Shown here piece by piece: positions 49,382-64,000 of a stretch of 64,000 nucleotides of DNA (positions are counted from its first letter, which is position 1; every line of letters starts with the position of its first letter). The DNA lies in the NCBI RefSeq assembly GCF_009914755.1, contig NC_060931.1; one strand, 5' to 3'. The translations under genes were made by a program, and so were the position numbers. The notes beneath the pieces were generated by a model. That model made no database searches and was not told where the DNA came from. It was given only the letters and a program-made list of their open reading frames with translations. Source of the DNA: the human T2T-CHM13v2.0 reference genome, Homo sapiens.

Positions 49382-52178
49382 CAGGCATACCTTTTTTTTT
49401 TTTTTGTGCTTTACAGATATTGTTTTTTTTTTTAATACGAATTCGAGGTTTGTGGCAACCCTGCATTGAGCAAGTCTATTGATGCCAGTTTTACAACAGC
49501 ATGTGCTCACTTTGTCTCTGTGTCACATTCTGATAATTCTCACAACGTTTCAAACTTTTGCATTATTATTATATCAGTGACCAGTGATCTTTGATGTTAC
49601 TATTGTAATTGTTTTGGGGCACCATGAACCATACACACTTAAGATGGCAACTTAACAGATCAATGTTGTGTGTGTTCTGACACTTCCACTGACCAGCCGT
49701 TCCCCCATCTCTCTCCCTCTCCTTGGGCCTCCCTATTTCCTGAGATACAACAATATTGAAACTAGGCCAATCAATCACCCTAAAATGACCACTAAGTGTT
49801 CAAGTGAAACAAAGAGTCACAGGTCTCTCACTTTAAATCAAAACTAGAAATGACTAAGCTTAGTGAGAAAGGCATGTTGAAAGCTGAAATAGGTTGAAAG
49901 CTAGGCCTCTTGTGCAAAACAGTTAGCCAAGTTTTCAATGCAAAGGAAAAGCTTTTGAAGGAAATTAAAAGTGCGATTCCAATGAATACACAAATGATAA
50001 GAAAGCAAAACAGCATTATTGCTGTCGTGGAAAGTTTTAGTAGATAGAAGATCAAACCAGCCACAACATTCCCTTAAGCCAAAACCTAATCCAGAGCAAA
50101 ACTCTCTCTTTCCAATTCTATGAAGACTAAGAGAGGTGGGGAAGTTGCAGAACAAAGGGTTGAAGTTAGCAGAGGTCGGTTCATGAGGTTTAAGGAAAGT
50201 AGCCATTTCCATAACATCAAAGTGCCAGGTGAGACAGCAAGTGCTGATATAAAAACTGCAGCAAGTCATCCAGAAAATCTAAGATAACTGATGATGTGCT
50301 GCCATAAAAAAGAATGAAATCATGTCCTTTACAGCAACACGGATGGAGTTGGAGGCCATAATCCTAAGTGAATTAACCCAGGAACAGAAAACTAAATACC
50401 ACACGTTCTCACTTATAAGTGGTAGCTAAACATTGAGCACCCATGGACATAAACATGGAAACAATAAACACTGCTGACTACTAGAGGCAGGAGGGAGAGA
50501 AGGGGGCATGGGCTGAAAAACTACCTATTGGGTACTATGCTGATTCCTGGGTACAATATACCCATTCATGTAACAAACCTGCACATGTATGCCCTATGTC
50601 TAAAATAAAAGTTGGAAAAAAAAACCCAACAAAAATCCTTAAATAAATAAGTAAATTTGAGCATTGTAACAACAAAAAAGAAGATAATTGATTATGGTGG
50701 CTACACAAAACAACAGATTTTCAGTGCAGATGAAACAGCCTTCTGTTGGAATAAGATGTCATCTAGGACTTTCATAGGTAGAGAGAAGTCAATGCCTGGC
50801 TTCAAAGTTTCAAAGGACAGGTTGACTCTCTTGTTAGGGGCTAATGCAGCTGGTGACTTTAAGTGGAAGCCAATGCTCATTTACCATCTGGAAAAATCCC
50901 AGCGTTCTTAAGGGTCATGCTAAATCTACTCTGCCTGTGCTCTAAAACAAAACAACAAAGCCTGTGTGACAGCACATCTGTTTATAGCATGGCTTACTGA
51001 ATGTTTTAAACCCACTGTTGAGAACTACTGCTCAGAAAAACAATTCCTTTCAAAATATTACAGACAACGCTCACTGACAATGCACCTAGTCATCCAAGAG
51101 CTCCGGTGGAGATGTCCAAGGAGATGAATGTCATCTTTGTGTCTGCTAACACAACATCCAATCCGCAACCCATGGATCAAGGAGAGTAATTTTGATTTTT
51201 GAGTCTTACTCTTCAAGAAATAAATTTCATAAGGCTATAGCTGCTATAGATAGTGATTCCTCTGATGGATCTGGGCAAAGGAAATCGAAAACCTTCTGAA
51301 AAGGATTCACCATACCAGATGCCATTAAGAACATTCATGATTCATGGGAGGAGGACAAAATGTCAACACTGGCAGGAGTTTGGAAGAAGTTGATTCCAAT
51401 GCTCATGGATGACTTTGAGGGGTTCAAGACTTCAGTGGAGGAAGTAACTGCAGATGTAGTAGAAATAACAGGAGAACTGGAATTAGAATTGGAGCCCAAA
51501 GATGTGACTCAGTTGCTGCAATCTCATGATCAAATGTGAACATATGAGGAGTTGCTTTTTATGGATAAGCAAAGAAAGTGGTTTCTACAGATAAAATCTA
51601 CTCCTGGTGAAGATGCCATGAGTATTTTAATGACAACAAAGGATTTAGATTATTACATGCACTTATTTGATAAGGCAGTGGAGGGTTTGAGAGGATTCAC
51701 TCCAATTTTGAAAGAAGTTTTACTGTGGGTAAAATCCTATCCAACAACATTGAATGCTGTAGATAAATCTTTTGTGAAGAGTCCACTGATGTGGCAAACT
51801 TCATTATTGTCTTATTTTAAGAAATTGCTACAGCCACCCCTACCTTCAGCAACCTGAATCAGTCAATATCACCACCCTGATCAGTCAGCAGCCATCAATA
51901 TCAAGGCAAGATCCCTCACCAGCAAAAAGACTATGACTTGCTGAAGGCTCGGATGATCGTTAGCATATTTTAGCAATAAAGTATTTTAAAAATTAAAGTA
52001 TGTCTATTGTCAGTTTTTAGCCATAATGTTATTGCATGCTTAATAGACTACAGTATATTATAAACATAAGTTTTATATGCACTGGGAAAATAATAAATTT
52101 GTGTGACTCATTTTATTGCAATATTAACTTTATTGCAGTGGTCTGGAACCAAACCCACAATATCTCTGAGGTTTGGCG
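49382..52178 (+). mobile_element. Near full-length Tigger1 (pogo family) with decayed transposase, split by an L1 fragment
   Basis: TA-flanked TIR caggcatacct; transposase start at 49785 (MTTKCSSETKSHRSLTLNQKLEM); IFSADETAF...[15 protein letters not shown] in ORF 50657-50911; ~2.4 kb after removing the L1. Confidence 0.93.
50297..50680 (+). mobile_element. L1PA15-17-like 3' end with extra 3' sequence
   Basis: L1 3'UTR to ctaaaataaaagttgg; TSD aagataa(c/t)tgat(g/t)atg at 50281-50296 and 50681-50696. Confidence 0.88.
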
Positions 52179-52796
52179 TATATGCCCCAGTGGGAGGGTG
52201 ATGAGGTGCTGCACTCTGCCTCCCCCGAAACATTATGAGTCGTCTTGATTCTTCTTTATTGCTGGTCATGCCTGGCTGGAAGAACCTCCTCCTGGGTCTT
52301 CCTGCCTCCAGTCCGCTTATTCCAGGACACTATGCTCAGGCTGCCAGGACACGACTTCTTGACTCTCATTTGTTCTGTTGCTTCTTATGGTAAAAAATCT
52401 AAACTGCCTTCCTATTGCCTATTTTATTGAGAAACTAGAAGTCATTATATTTATTTAATGTCATTTACCTATCTTGCTTCACCTTTTCTTTCTCTCTTAA
52501 CTCAGGGCATAAAGTATCCCTGTCTCTGCTGAAGGCTGATACCACCAACTGTGTCCTAAGTCCCATCCTCTATCCTCCTTTCCCATTTCTCTTGATCTTC
52601 CTCCATCACTTATCTCTCCTCTCCTATATGCAACCTCCTGGTCTTTACTGACTTTTTATTCTTAGCGCACAAACATACAGTAATTGAGTTACTTCCATCA
52701 TTAAAAAATCCCCCCCAAAAACCTTATTATGACTTCTTCAGTTGCTGTTCTTTCTCCTTCTATTCTCATTCAAACTTCTTGAAAGAATTATTTTTC

Positions 52797-53148
<352 letters not shown>

Positions 53149-54271
53149 CTACACAGTTCTACTGAATGTTAGGAGCCTATGAGCACCTAATTGCCAAATC
53201 CAATAGGCACTTTCTGTTCATTATCTTCCTTGATCTCTCTGCTAAATTTAACACCATTAATCACTCCTGCCTCCTTCGAACTTTTATGTTCCCTTGGCTT
53301 CTCTGACGCATCGAAAAATGTTCTGGTTCTCCTCATCTCTATTTGACTATTCCTTTGTGGGCTCCACTTCCTTCACCAATCTTCTAATTGTTGGCGTACC
53401 TCGAGGTTTTGTCTGTTGTGTACTTATCTTCTTCTTATGTGTATTCTTTCTGAGCAATTACTAGCTGGATACCAACTCCCAATTTATGTAAGTACAGACA
53501 TCTCTTCCAAGCTCCAGACCCATATATCCATCTCCATCTAGATGTTCCAGAAGAACCTCAAATGTATCATATCCATAATTGATTTCATTAGTTTCTACTT
53601 GGATTCTCCATCTAACTTAGTAGCACCACTATTCATTAGATGTGCAAGAGAGAAGTCATCTTTATTTCTTCTTTCATTCACATGCTCCCTCTTTTTTCAA
53701 TTACCAAGTCCTATTGATGCTACCTCCTAAATATTTCTCAACCAATTACCTCCCCATCTCTGTTACCAAAACCCTAGTTTAGACTTTCTCTATTCTTGCA
53801 TGGATGACTTCTAAAGCTTCTACTAGGTTTCCCTGGCACCCATCTTACCTCCAACAAACCCATTCATTCAACAAATACTTACAGAGCATCTACCATACGC
53901 ATTGTTCTGGGGGTTAGGGAAATAGCAGTGAACAAAAGAGACAGTTTCTGCTGTCACTGAGCATATACTGTGATAATAGGTGAGTGTGTGTGTGTGTGTA
54001 TAAGTGTCTAAATAACACATTAAACAAGAAAATTCCAGATACCAATTGAAAGACAAGATAATGGGATAGAAGGTAACTGAAGGGGTGGATTAAATTTGGA
54101 TATTCAGAGTAGAGTTGTCTGAGCTGGTAACATCTGAGCAGAGACCTGAATGATGATGAAAAAGAGCCAGTCTTAGAAGATCTGAAGGAAGAGCATTGTG
54201 GGTAGGAAGAACAGCAAGTAGAGGCAGGTTCTGAGGCAAGTTCACGTTGATGTACTTAAAGAACAGGTACT

Positions 54272-54633
<362 letters not shown>

Positions 54634-55324
54634 TCATGTCGAGCTTTATAGGCTATGGATAGATTTGGAAATTTAGAGTATCTTGGGGAGCCATTGAAGG
54701 GTTTTCATCAGGAGAAGGATGTGATTTGATCTACCTTAAAAACAGATCACTCTGGTTGCTGCATGGAAAATATGTTGTAGGAGCAAGATTAGAAGTTGGG
54801 GAACCAGTTAGGAGATGATTACATTATTCAAGTAAGAAATGATGGTGGCAGGGCTTAAGGGGGCAGCATAGGAGATGGCAAGAAGTGATATTAATAGAAT
54901 TGGAAGAGAATTTGGGTGTAGAATCAACAGGTCCTGATAAGGAAAGCATCAAGAAAGTCTCCCTCCAACCTCCATTAGTAGCTCTAGAGTGATTTTCTAA
55001 ATGCAGCTCAAGCCATACTCTACCATTCAACAGTAACCCTCAGTACTTCCTTCCTGCTTATCAATTAAATGCTAAACTCTATAGCCAAAGAGACAAGGCC
55101 ATCCCTGATGGGTTTCTGCTTTTCTCTCCGGAATACTTCCTTGGGACCCCTCCCTCCCCGGCTGTTAGATGCCTCTTTTGTGTGTGTGTGTGTCCCAGCA
55201 TCCTGTGCCTTTGGTACCTCTATCATAGCACTAACATCATATTGCAATCGCCTGCGTATGTGTTGATAAGCTCCTATGATGTGAAGACGTGGTCTTGTTC
55301 ATCATTTTATTTCTAGTGCTTAGC

Positions 55325-55495
55325 TCCTTGGTGCTTAAAGTTTAGTCCTTGAGCCAGCAGCACAGGCATTGTCTGAGAGTTTGTTTGAAATGCCAAAGCT
55401 CAGACCTCACTCCAGATCTAGTGAACTGGAATCTGAATTTTAGCAGCCAGATCCCTGGGAGACTCATATACATCTTGTAGTTTGAGAAGCTGGCT
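55325..55495. mobile_element. MER5A MITE
   Basis: gtttgtttgaaatgccaaagctcagacctcactccaga...agtttgagaagc. Confidence 0.65.
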
Positions 55496-55716
55496 TGTTT
55501 CCTGACATACAGCAGGCACTCATCAAACCTGGAATTGAAAAGAGCCAGCAAACCAATCCAGACTCCTCAGAGCTCAACAGTGTTTCCCTTTTGCCACAAT
55601 AAATACAAATCAAAATTAGCTTTACTGAAGTTAGCTACATCCTACTAGATGCTATGGACACATTCAAAAGTGTCTGCCACTGCATGACTGTTGACTCCTG
55701 TTTAAAGTAACATACG

Positions 55717-55994
<278 letters not shown>

Positions 55995-56379
55995 TCAGTG
56001 GTTACATTCACTTCTAGGATGGGAACTAAGCACATCAGGGATTTCAGACTCGATTAACTCAAATGTACTCAATTAACTCAAATTCTTTTCTTATAGAATA
56101 CATTGTAATTTTTAGTAAAGTCACTCATATAATCCAACATCTAAGTTTTTCCTTTGAATAGTTAATACTCTAATTATGTCAAGAATAAACTTTTCCATAC
56201 CAAAGGTTCTCTGTTCCCATAGGACCTATTAGCAAACCATGCACAAGTGCTAATTAGCTCATTAACACTTCACTGTTATTCTGGGAGATGCTCTCAACTT
56301 TGTTTTTTTTTTTGTTTTTTGTTTTTTTTTTTTTTTTGCCTAAATAAATCTGTAAGGTCAGAAGTTTTCAGTTTCTCTC

Positions 56380-56646
56380 TCTTTCTCTCTCTTTTGAGAT
56401 AGAGTCTCACTCTGTTGCCCAGGCTGGAGTGCAGTGGGACAATCTTGGTTCACTACAACATCTGCTTCCTGGGCTCAAGCGATTCTCCTGCCTCAGCCTC
56501 CTGAGTAGCTGGAATTACAGGCGTGTGCCACCACACCCAGCTAATTTTTGTGTTTTTAGTAGACACAAGGTTTTGCCATGTTGCCCAGGCTGTCTCAAAC
56601 TCCTGACCTCAAGCGATCCACCTGCCTTGGCCTCTCAAAGTGCTGG
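56380..56646 (-). mobile_element. AluJ/S, 5'-truncated
   Basis: Alu body lacking the first ~30 nt. Confidence 0.88.
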
Positions 56647-57177
56647 CTTAACTTACCTTTCTTATAAACGTGGACAAGTTGTATCTTATCTGAACAAACC
56701 ACAAAATGGGACTAACAGTCCACTCCCTACCCAGTTTCCCAGAGCCTTCCAGGGTGATGAAGATTTAGGAATCTCAGGTGCAGGAATTCTGATGTGCATT
56801 ACAGGCTTCAGTCCGCCTGGTCACTCATTGTCCCTCAGGCATGGGTGTCAACACCAGAGCCCAAGGACAGCTGTGCCCGGTCAGCTTGTAGTAAACAGGC
56901 AGGGACCTTAACTTCTCAGCATCTTAGGTACTCGGAATTCACTGCTGCTTGAGCTCAGAGGTTTCTCCTTCACATAAACCCCTTAAAGCCTCCAGAAACC
57001 TCAATAGTCCCGTCACCTGAAGGCAGATAATCCACCTTGCTGAGAACAGCTCTCACTCCCTCCCTAGAAATCTTCAGAGAAGCAAGAAGTGGCTCTTTTT
57101 CTGTAAAACCTATGGGAAATTATTGAGCTGCCTGCTTCTCAGGTTGAGGAAATGCATGGTGAAAATCAAATGTTTCA

Positions 57178-57638
<461 letters not shown>

Positions 57639-57833
57639 TCACCTCTCTTGTCCACAGTGTTTTCACTAGATGGCCTCTAGCATCCCCTCTAATCCCAACA
57701 TTTTAGGGGCTCTTTATTTCTGTTTTTCCTGTTTTTTTTTTTTTTTTTTTTTTCCCTAGGGAGAATTAAAAAGTGAATTAAGTCGAGCTCTGACCCTCTC
57801 TGAGTACCTAAAAAATTCCAGGGATTCAGTAGC

Positions 57834-58020
57834 CAGTGGTAGTGTGCTGGTAAATGCTTAACCACCAGTGCTGATTTGTAATATTTGCGAATTTTTGTGG
57901 TGTAAATAATCTCATCATGGCTGACTTCAAGCTCTCAAGATGATGTTAACCTGCTCACAAAATTTCTGAAAATTTATCAGTCAGCTCTTGCAAGCTGGGA
58001 TGAGCTGTCTCCAGCACACC
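57834..58020. mobile_element. MER63A hAT-Blackjack MITE
   Basis: gtgtgctggtaaatgcttaac...tccagcacacc. Confidence 0.75.
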
Positions 58021-59407
58021 TTGGTGAAAAAGCCTCGTTGTATGTTATTCTAAAAAGAACAGGACTTATACAGCAAAGGGCAGGGATGCTTTCCCATTAT
58101 CTTGGCTCTATGCCTGGTTATGGGGAAATTTAGGATGAACATCAGAAAATTGCAGAAGGTTAGCACTGACATGTGTGACCAAACACCGAGAATAGGAGTG
58201 ATTCCCATTTGTCAGGATGTCTGACAACTCTCCGGGGCCTTCTGCCAGGAAGTCATCATACCATTCCTGTATGCTTGGAAAAGGGCACGCAATGACACTC
58301 AGACATTGGATTGCCAATAAGAATTATTCCAAGTAGAGAGGTAGAGTCTTTTCCATGTGCCAGATATAAGAAGGTCTGGGAGTGGGGTAGGGCTTAATAT
58401 TACCTTCAGTGTAGTCTCTCCTATTTAGTTTTGGGCTCATTCCCTGAAATCAATTTTAAATTGTGGGCTGGCACTTCTTTCCTGCAGGTACGCATTCATC
58501 TCTTGTTGCTATTTCTGATGACTACTACCCTAATTTTCCTACCTTTGTAAAAAAAAATCATTTAGTTCCCAGGATATGTTCAGAGAGACATTCATATTTT
58601 ATTTTTGTTTAACCACAATTGAAAGCATAATGGAAGGTCATAGGTTTAAGTTTGGAGTAGTGAGTGAGTTATACTGAGAATAATCTCATCCCTTGGCCAT
58701 GAGGTGTGTACTGTTTCATTCTAAGAACTTCAAGTAGGAAGATGTTCTGAATATATTCTGTCTCATAAGGGAGACACCAGCATCAGATGAGGCCCAGCCC
58801 TTAGCAAAGTTAAAATGTCAATAGACCCAGAGCTTAGCAGATCTATAATATCAAGACAAAGCTTGGTGTTCAGATGCCAAGTGCTGATATGAATGTTTTG
58901 GTGAAGACTGGGCAGGAATCCTAGTATAGTGTATAGCCCTGAAGTTCTTTGTCTTCTTCCCAGGACAGCATGAAGTGGCCACTAGTGTTCATGGTCAGGG
59001 CATACTAGAAACTAACCAGGTGAATTATGGGTCCACATCTAGGTTGATGAGGAGGCAAGGAGCAGGAACAAAGGCCCAAAAGTAAAAAATCATTGACAAA
59101 CCCAAAGTGTCTATCTCGTAAGTGAATGTTGTTGGGCTCAAGAGAGCTATGACAAGACTAGGTGAACTGGCTCAATTATCCCATTTTCTTAGTAGACAGA
59201 CACATGCCCCCAGAAAGAGCCAGGCTCAGTGAGGGAAGGTAAAGAGCAAACCCAAGGTCACATATCTAAGAAACAGCCAAGTCAAATATTAAACTGGAGT
59301 TCATTTGGGATCAAAATTCTCCAGAGAAATAGAACCAGTACAATGCATACAGACACACACACGTATGTATGTATGTATGAAAGTATATTTGTATGTATAC
59401 ACACACT

Positions 59408-59464
<57 letters not shown>

Positions 59465-59479
59465 TATATGCATACATAA

Positions 59480-59834
59480 TGTATTAGTCTGTGTTCACAC
59501 TGCTATAAAGAACTTCCCTGAGACTGGTTAATTATAAAGGAAAGAGGTTCATTGACTCACCGTACCCTACGGCTGGGAAGGTCTCAGGAAACTTACAACC
59601 ATGGCCGAAGGGGAAGTTGGCACCTTCTTCACAAGGCAGCAGGAGAGAGAAGTGAGAGTATAGGAAAAAACTCCCACCGTCAGATCTCATGAGAATTCAC
59701 TCACTTATCATGAGAACAGCAGGGGAGAAACTGCCTCCATGATCCAATCACCTCCCACCAGGTGCCTCCCTCAACACCTGGAAGTTACAATTCAAGATGA
59801 GATTTGGGTGGGAACACAGAGCCAAACCATATCA
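59480..59834 (-). mobile_element. THE1C/D solo LTR
   Basis: tgtattagtctgtgttcacactgctataaag...gagccaaaccatatca; TSD cataa/catac. Confidence 0.9.
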
Positions 59835-59873
59835 CATACATACATATATATGTTTATATATATATACACACAC

Positions 59874-59904
<31 letters not shown>

Positions 59905-60119
59905 TACATGGAATATATATACATACACATTGACCATGGGTTGCCCAGATTAAACATTGTGTCGGGGGGTGTGTGTGTGTGTATTTTTACTATATATGGA
60001 AATTGTTTTATATGTCATGAGAAATATATTCATATATACATACAAATATATATTTCTGTGTGTGTCAAATATATATTTGTATATATATATGAATATATTT
60101 CTCATGACATATAAAAAAT

Positions 60120-61560
60120 TTCCTTATATATAGTAAAACTATATATTTCCTTATACAGTAAAGATATATTTACATATATTTCCTTATACAGTAAAGATAT
60201 ATTTACATATATTTACTTATACAGTAAAGATATATTTATATGTATTTCCTTATACAGTAAAGATATATTTATATATATTTCCTTATACAGTAAAGATATA
60301 TTTATATATATTTCCTTATAGATATATAAATATATATTTATATATTTCCTTATAGATATATAGTAAAAATATATTTATATATAGTTCCTTATATATAGTA
60401 AATATATATTTATATATTTTCCTTATAGATATATAGTAAATATATATTTGTATGTATTTCCTTATAGATATATAGTAAATATATATTTGTATGTATTTCC
60501 TTATAGATATATAGTAAATATATATTTATAGGTATTTCCTTATAGATATATAGTAAATATATATTTATAGGTATTTCCTTATAGATATATAGTAAATATA
60601 TATTTATAGGTATTTCCTTATAGATATATAGTAAATATATATTTATAGGTATTTCCTTATAGATATATAGTAAATATATATTTATAGGTATTTCCTTATA
60701 GATATATAGTAAATATATATTATAGGTATTTCCTTATAGATATATAGTAAATATATATATTTCCTATATACAGTATATATATTTTACTATATATGTAAGG
60801 AAATATATATATTTCCTCTCTATATAAGAATATATATATTTCAGGCCAGGCATGGTGGATGATGCCTCTAATCTCAGCACTTTGGGAGGCCAAGGCGAGC
60901 AGATCACGAGGTCAGGAGTTTGAGACCAGCCTGGCCAACATGGTGAAACTCCGTCTCTACTAAAAATACAAAAGTTAGCTGGGTGTGGCGGGTGCCTGTA
61001 ATCCCAGCTACTCAGGAGGCTGAGGCAGGAGTATCACTTGAATCTGGGAAGCAGAGGTTGCATTGAGCAAAGATTGTGCCACTTCACTCCAGCCTGGGCG
61101 ACAGAGTGAGACACTATCTCAAAAAAAAAAAAAAAGAATATATATATATTTCCTTATAGGTATAATAAATATATATTTATGTATTTCCTTATAGATATAT
61201 AATAAATATATTTCCTTATAGATACATAATAAATATATATTTCCTTACATATATAGTAAATATATACTTATATACTATATATAGGAAATACATATTTATA
61301 CTATATAAAAATAAATTTAATACTATATAAAAATATAAATTTATACTATATATAAACAAATTTATACTATACCTAAATTTTTCCTGTAATTGTATATAGT
61401 ATAAATTTCCTATATATAGGACATTTATATTTGTATATTTTATATATTCATATATTTCCTATATATAGGAAATATATATTTCCATATATAGTGCAAATAT
61501 ATATATATTTCCATATATATAGTAAATATATATATATTTCCTTATCTATATATATATATA
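60120..61560 (+). repeat. AT-rich minisatellite/VNTR (units ~33 and ~39 bp, e.g. tttccttatagatatatagtaaatatatatttataggta), interrupted by an Alu
   Basis: Near-identical consecutive units at 60140-60310 and 60420-60760, more degenerate after 61135. Confidence 0.92.
60844..61135 (+). mobile_element. AluSg-like inside the VNTR
   Basis: Dimer; TSD aagaatatatatattt. Confidence 0.92.
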
Positions 61561-63124
61561 TAAGGAAATTTGTCGTGAGAAATTGGCTCATGGGACTATG
61601 GAGGCTGAGAAGTCCCACAGTCTGCCATCTGCCATCTGCAAGCTGGAGGCCCAGGAAAGACAGTGGTGTAATTCAGTACAGGCGTGAAGGCCTGAGAACA
61701 AGGGGAGCAGATGGTATAGATCCCAGTCTGAGGTCCAGAGAGAAGATGATATGTCCCAGCTCAAGTAGTGAGGCTAGAAAGAGGGGGTGAATTCCTGCTC
61801 CCTCCACCATTTGTTCTATTCAGGCCCTCAACAGATTGGAAAACGTCCATCCACATAGGAGAGGGCAATCTGCTTTATGGAGTCCACTGATCCAAATGCT
61901 AATCCCATCCAGAAACACCCTCACAGACACACCCAGAAGCAATGCTTAATCTGGGCACCCTGTGGCCAGTCAAGTTGTCACATCAAGTTTATCATCACAT
62001 CCCCCACACAAAAGCACCCATTCTGCATTTTCCGGAGCATGGGTGAGGAGTCCTGGAATAACCTGTACAGGAAGGATGGCAGTGAGGACGATTTGCCTGA
62101 ATGACGGAGATGTAAATTAGCTTGTGTGTGAAGAAGCTTTTTAATGAGAAGAGGAACGCTACAAAATGGTGTCTACGTTAGGATTATAAGTGTTGCAAAT
62201 ATTTATACATATGGCTTATATTTGGAAGGGGATAAAGAAAAATGAAAAGGTAGGCTGGTAAGGTTATGTGTGAATATTTTATAAACCTTCCTTTCTTGAC
62301 TTTGTAATGTTTGAATATACTCAAATCTTTTGTGAAAAGGGTTTTCTATTTTATGGAGAACAAAATGAGCTGGAATTTCCCTGGAGGAATTGAAATCAGG
62401 CAGAAGGAAGAATTTCTCTGTGGGATATTTAGATTCCAGGAAGTGCTTATGTAAGAGCTGGGACACCATCTGCAAGAACGTGGAGAGCATTGGTGGCCCC
62501 TGGAGCAGGGGACAAACCAGGTTGCTGCCAAAGGATCTTCCCATCTGGAGATTCCTATATTATTCCCATTTCACAGATGGGAGGCTCTGGTTCGTAGCAT
62601 TAACTGAGATGCCAATGTGATTCTGTGTGTGGGTGGCATGGAGAGGCCTAAACAGCCAGGCTCATGACATAGGGAAAGTCCAACTTTGGTAACTGCTTCC
62701 GATCTCCTCCAGGCGTGTTCATTCCTATAATGATCCAAATCCTACCAGCAGCTGCAGCAGTTAGGCACCAGGTTCCCCAATTCCTCAACAGAACAAAGGT
62801 TATTCTAACATCAGAACTTTGCATCAACTTTTGCAGTCATAAAGGTCTTAAACAGCCTTAAAAACAAAAACAAAAGCAAAACAAAACAAAACAACAAAAA
62901 GACCTGTTGAGTGCAGGGAAGATAATAGGAGCAGCTTTCTAGGTGGGAAAGTTTTCTTGACACGATGGCAGGGCTCCACCTCTGCACCCCCGACCCAGCC
63001 AGTCTTCTGCTCCGAGTCAGAGCTCTCCAACATAAACTCCTTTTTTCTAGGTAGGAAACTTGTTGTTATTGCTATTTTGGTAACTTGGATTGCACTGTGG
63101 ACATGTCTGGTTTGAAACACATTA

Positions 63125-64000
<876 letters not shown>

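Larger units (their letters stand above)
59305..61999 (-). mobile_element. MLT2B-type LTR split by ~2.2 kb of inserted/expanded DNA
   Basis: ttctccagagaaatagaacca at ~59315; resumes aattggctcatgggactatggaggctgagaagtccc at ~61580 and ends atcatcaca at 61999. Confidence 0.85.

Noticed and set aside
60140-60760. Regular repeat array resembling CRISPR
   Set aside because: Head-to-tail AT-rich units without unique spacers, in eukaryotic DNA with no cas genes.

Overview
This is primate, most likely human or hominoid, non-coding genomic DNA. The assignment rests on AluY/S/J, L1PA/L1PB/L1M, THE1/MST/MLT, MER and Tigger repeats. I find no host protein-coding gene, RNA gene or CRISPR array. Every ORF I could recognise is a decayed transposable-element protein (L1 ORF2 reverse transcriptase, ERV-L integrase C-terminus/dUTPase, Tigger1 transposase) or an Alu/LTR/microsatellite artefact. 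I did not find a credible new biological system. The informative content is mechanistic. (1) A young L1PA2/3 insertion (10860-14093) is 5'-inverted by twin priming and appears to carry a 3' transduction of an older L1 3' end plus a 15-nt unique tag, all inside one TSD. (2) A rare 5'-inverted AluY is bounded by a single TSD (55704-55993). (3) A second twin-primed L1 (43812-46531) and a probable ancient transduction inside a near full-length Tigger1. (4) A nested ERV-L/Tigger3b/MER21/L1/Alu stack (9.9-18.3 kb). (5) An MLT2 LTR whose small internal microsatellite has grown to ~2.2 kb with a long hairpin, a minisatellite and an inverted self-copy. (6) Several template-switch hairpins and tandem duplications. 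Repeat subfamily names come from remembered consensus sequences, not from a search, and boundaries of old elements are approximate.
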